Source: Tricharina praecox
Lineage: Eukaryota
DNA: 64,000 nt
Assembly: GCF_024521635.1 (NCBI RefSeq)
Contig: NW_026250439.1
Location: 62,001 to 126,000, forward strand
Direction of reading: 5' to 3'
The position numbers were made by a program, and so were the translations under genes. The notes beneath the pieces are model-generated. The model ran no database searches, had not been told where the DNA came from, and saw only the letters and a program-made list of their open reading frames with translations. Numbering within the stretch: position 1 is the first letter of the stretch; the number at the start of each line of letters is the position of its first letter. Positions 61,884 to 64,000 of this stretch are shown one piece after another.

Positions 61884-62905
61884 CTACCTCGTCTTCGTCT
61901 TCTCCCTCTTGGCCGAGCAATTCGGACAGAACCACTTTCCTTTGGGCTCCTCGGTGAGGTGCACGCAGCCCCAATGGAACCATTCGTAGGGACACTCCTT
62001 GTCGTCGCATCCTACCATGCTGCCGTAGCTGACCTGCTGGCAGAGACAGTACAGCTTTTTGTCCTCGCCCTCACCGCCGTCCTCATCCTCGTCGTCATCG
62101 TCGTCATCGCCATCCTCATCGATAACCTTCTTCACCGGCGGTTTCTTCCGCCCCGTCTTTCTCGTCCCACTGTGGCCAGACGGGGTACCAGCGCGACTGC
62201 TCTCGTTCTTAATCCCGGGAGTCGCCGGTCGCCCCGCCAACGCCGACAGTGACGGTGTGCCTTGATGTCCCAACTTCAGCCTCTTATTCCCACCCGCCTG
62301 CAGTCCCGGCGTAGCCGGCGTGCCGCCCCTATCCTGCGCGAACGACCTCGACATTCCGAGCCCGGGACTCGCCCTCCCTATCCCTCCCGCGCCCCGCCCA
62401 CCCACATGCTGACTCGCGGCGGGGAGATTACTTGGCGGCGGGGCGGGGGTCAATGCATCGGCTGGCATGGAACCATCGCGCACGAGATTCGCGATCCCTC
62501 CGTCGAGCCTGCGCTTATGCTTATCGATGAGGTCGAGCGCCTTCTGGGCGAGGTGGATCTTCTCCTCCTGGAGCTCGAGGACGCGGCGGTGCGCTTTCCG
62601 GATCGCCTCGACGTACTGCGCTTCCTTGGTATTCTCCGAGTGCGAGCCGTGCAGCCGGATGTGCTTTTGTAGCGACGCGTCGCGCGATAGGTAGCTCACG
62701 CGCTGCTCGTTCAGCAGCCGGTCGCGCGCGATGATCTCCTCGTAGATGTGGATTACTTCGGCGGGGAAGTTGGAGGCTGTGGCAGTTTGCGCAGAGGTTT
62801 ATTAGCATCGCCGTTTGCAGGGTGAGCACGTGCACGCGAGGGTGAAGAACCATCGCTGACGAAGTTTTCGAGGACTGTAGCGGCGTCCTCTTGCGGTGCG
62901 GACAT
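61884..62905 (-). CDS. YNG2: ING-family PHD-finger protein (NuA4 subunit Yng2-like), ~315 aa; exons 62905-62851, 62776-61884
   Basis: [22 protein letters not shown]-terminus, LQEEKIHLA, and the PHD finger [16 protein letters not shown]...EWFHWGCV...KWFCPNC. Confidence 0.88.
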
Positions 62906-64000
62906 TGGCGGCGAGTGAGAAGGTGCAGAGGAACAGTTTTCGCTGGTCGGTGGTAGTGAGTGTCGTGGACGAGTGGTTGGAGTACGGTCGGGAGTGGGGT
63001 CGACGTTTCGCGCGTCGCGTTTAGGTTGGCGTGTTGTCTGGGACCCCTGCCAGGCTCTGTGTGACGTTCGTCATAGCTTGGCAGCTGCAACATCCCTGCT
63101 GATCGCATGCATAGTCAGCGCTTCTTCCATTGTATGGCCTGCCGGACGAACGAGGAGACAAACATGGGCGACAGGATGAGTAGCTAGACTTCTTAGTGGA
63201 GCTCACAGAACGCTGGACGGGCCGAGAACCGGACTGGTACCTTCATCCAGTCATTCACTCTTTTCTTTTTTTGGTGTTGTCTGTCTTTCTGTATTTCTTT
63301 CTGTTTGTCGGGTTGAGTGGAGAGGATTATTCATGGAGGATTGAGCGGGAATGATTGCGCTAGGAGGGCTGCGCGAGGAGGATTGAGCGGGCATGGCTGT
63401 GCGGGGGTTCAGGGGATGCTTGAGCGGAGAGCAATAGGGAACCAGTATCAAGCTCGCGGCTGGCCAGCGGCCCCAGCCATGGTGGAAAAGGCTATGTAAT
63501 CTGCCATGATCTACTAAAGTCGAATACAATGATGGTTAAACAAAAAAAAAACAATCGCAACATCTGCCCACGTCCTCACAGCATGATCGCTCCGATGCTT
63601 GCAATCGCGATTTCTCGCCACAACTACCTGCGATTGAAAAGAGAAGTTGTGGTAGGTTTCCACTCTTGCCTCTTGCAGTGATATCACGTTTAGAATATCC
63701 AGGCTCGTGTGCTTTGACTTCCTTTGTTCTCCCACGGAGCGCCCCTATTCAAAATCCACCTTGGGAAACCACAAAGAAAGGTTAATTAGCCCTCGAGGAG
63801 CGATTCTCGCCCCGACGACATAATGTCTTTATTTGCCAGCGAAATATCGGAGGTGGTCTCGTGGTCTCGTCGTGCAACCGGTAGAGGCGATGAAGGTTGC
63901 AAAAGGGAAAATGTCCGGGCACATGGAGATGCATTACGGCCTAGGTACTCGATCGAGTGAGGGGATATTCGATTGACTGCTCGTCCGTTTGTTCCGCCTC

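Overview
Eukaryotic DNA from a filamentous ascomycete. It has short GT-AG introns with CTAAC/CTGAC branch sites; a Pezizomycete origin is my inference only. Positions ~2-22.7 kb are a pile of nested Ty3/Gypsy chromovirus LTR retrotransposons from four LTR families (named A-D here). These include one structurally complete element (12935-21608, TSD GACGA), a truncated relative and many solo LTRs with 5-bp TSDs. The complete element has a Tf1-type self-priming site instead of a tRNA PBS, and two identical, divergently oriented tRNA-Ala genes flank it. The rest is euchromatic: tRNA-Asp, kinesin-8 (KIP3), RPL15, a Zn2Cys6 transcription factor, GHITM/MICS1, an ERCC6L2-like SNF2 ATPase, a HOS2 relic, a MULE relic, an orphan ORF, a hAT MITE and YNG2. 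The most novel signals are: (1) three dispersed paralogous small single-TM genes sharing a motif and an intron position, one invisible to the ORF track; (2) inverted repeats bracketing the whole GHITM gene; (3) an ORF-free, strongly base-paired segment at ~33.9-34.1 kb; (4) an orphan ORF that continues in frame past a single TAA. All alignments and counts were done by eye.
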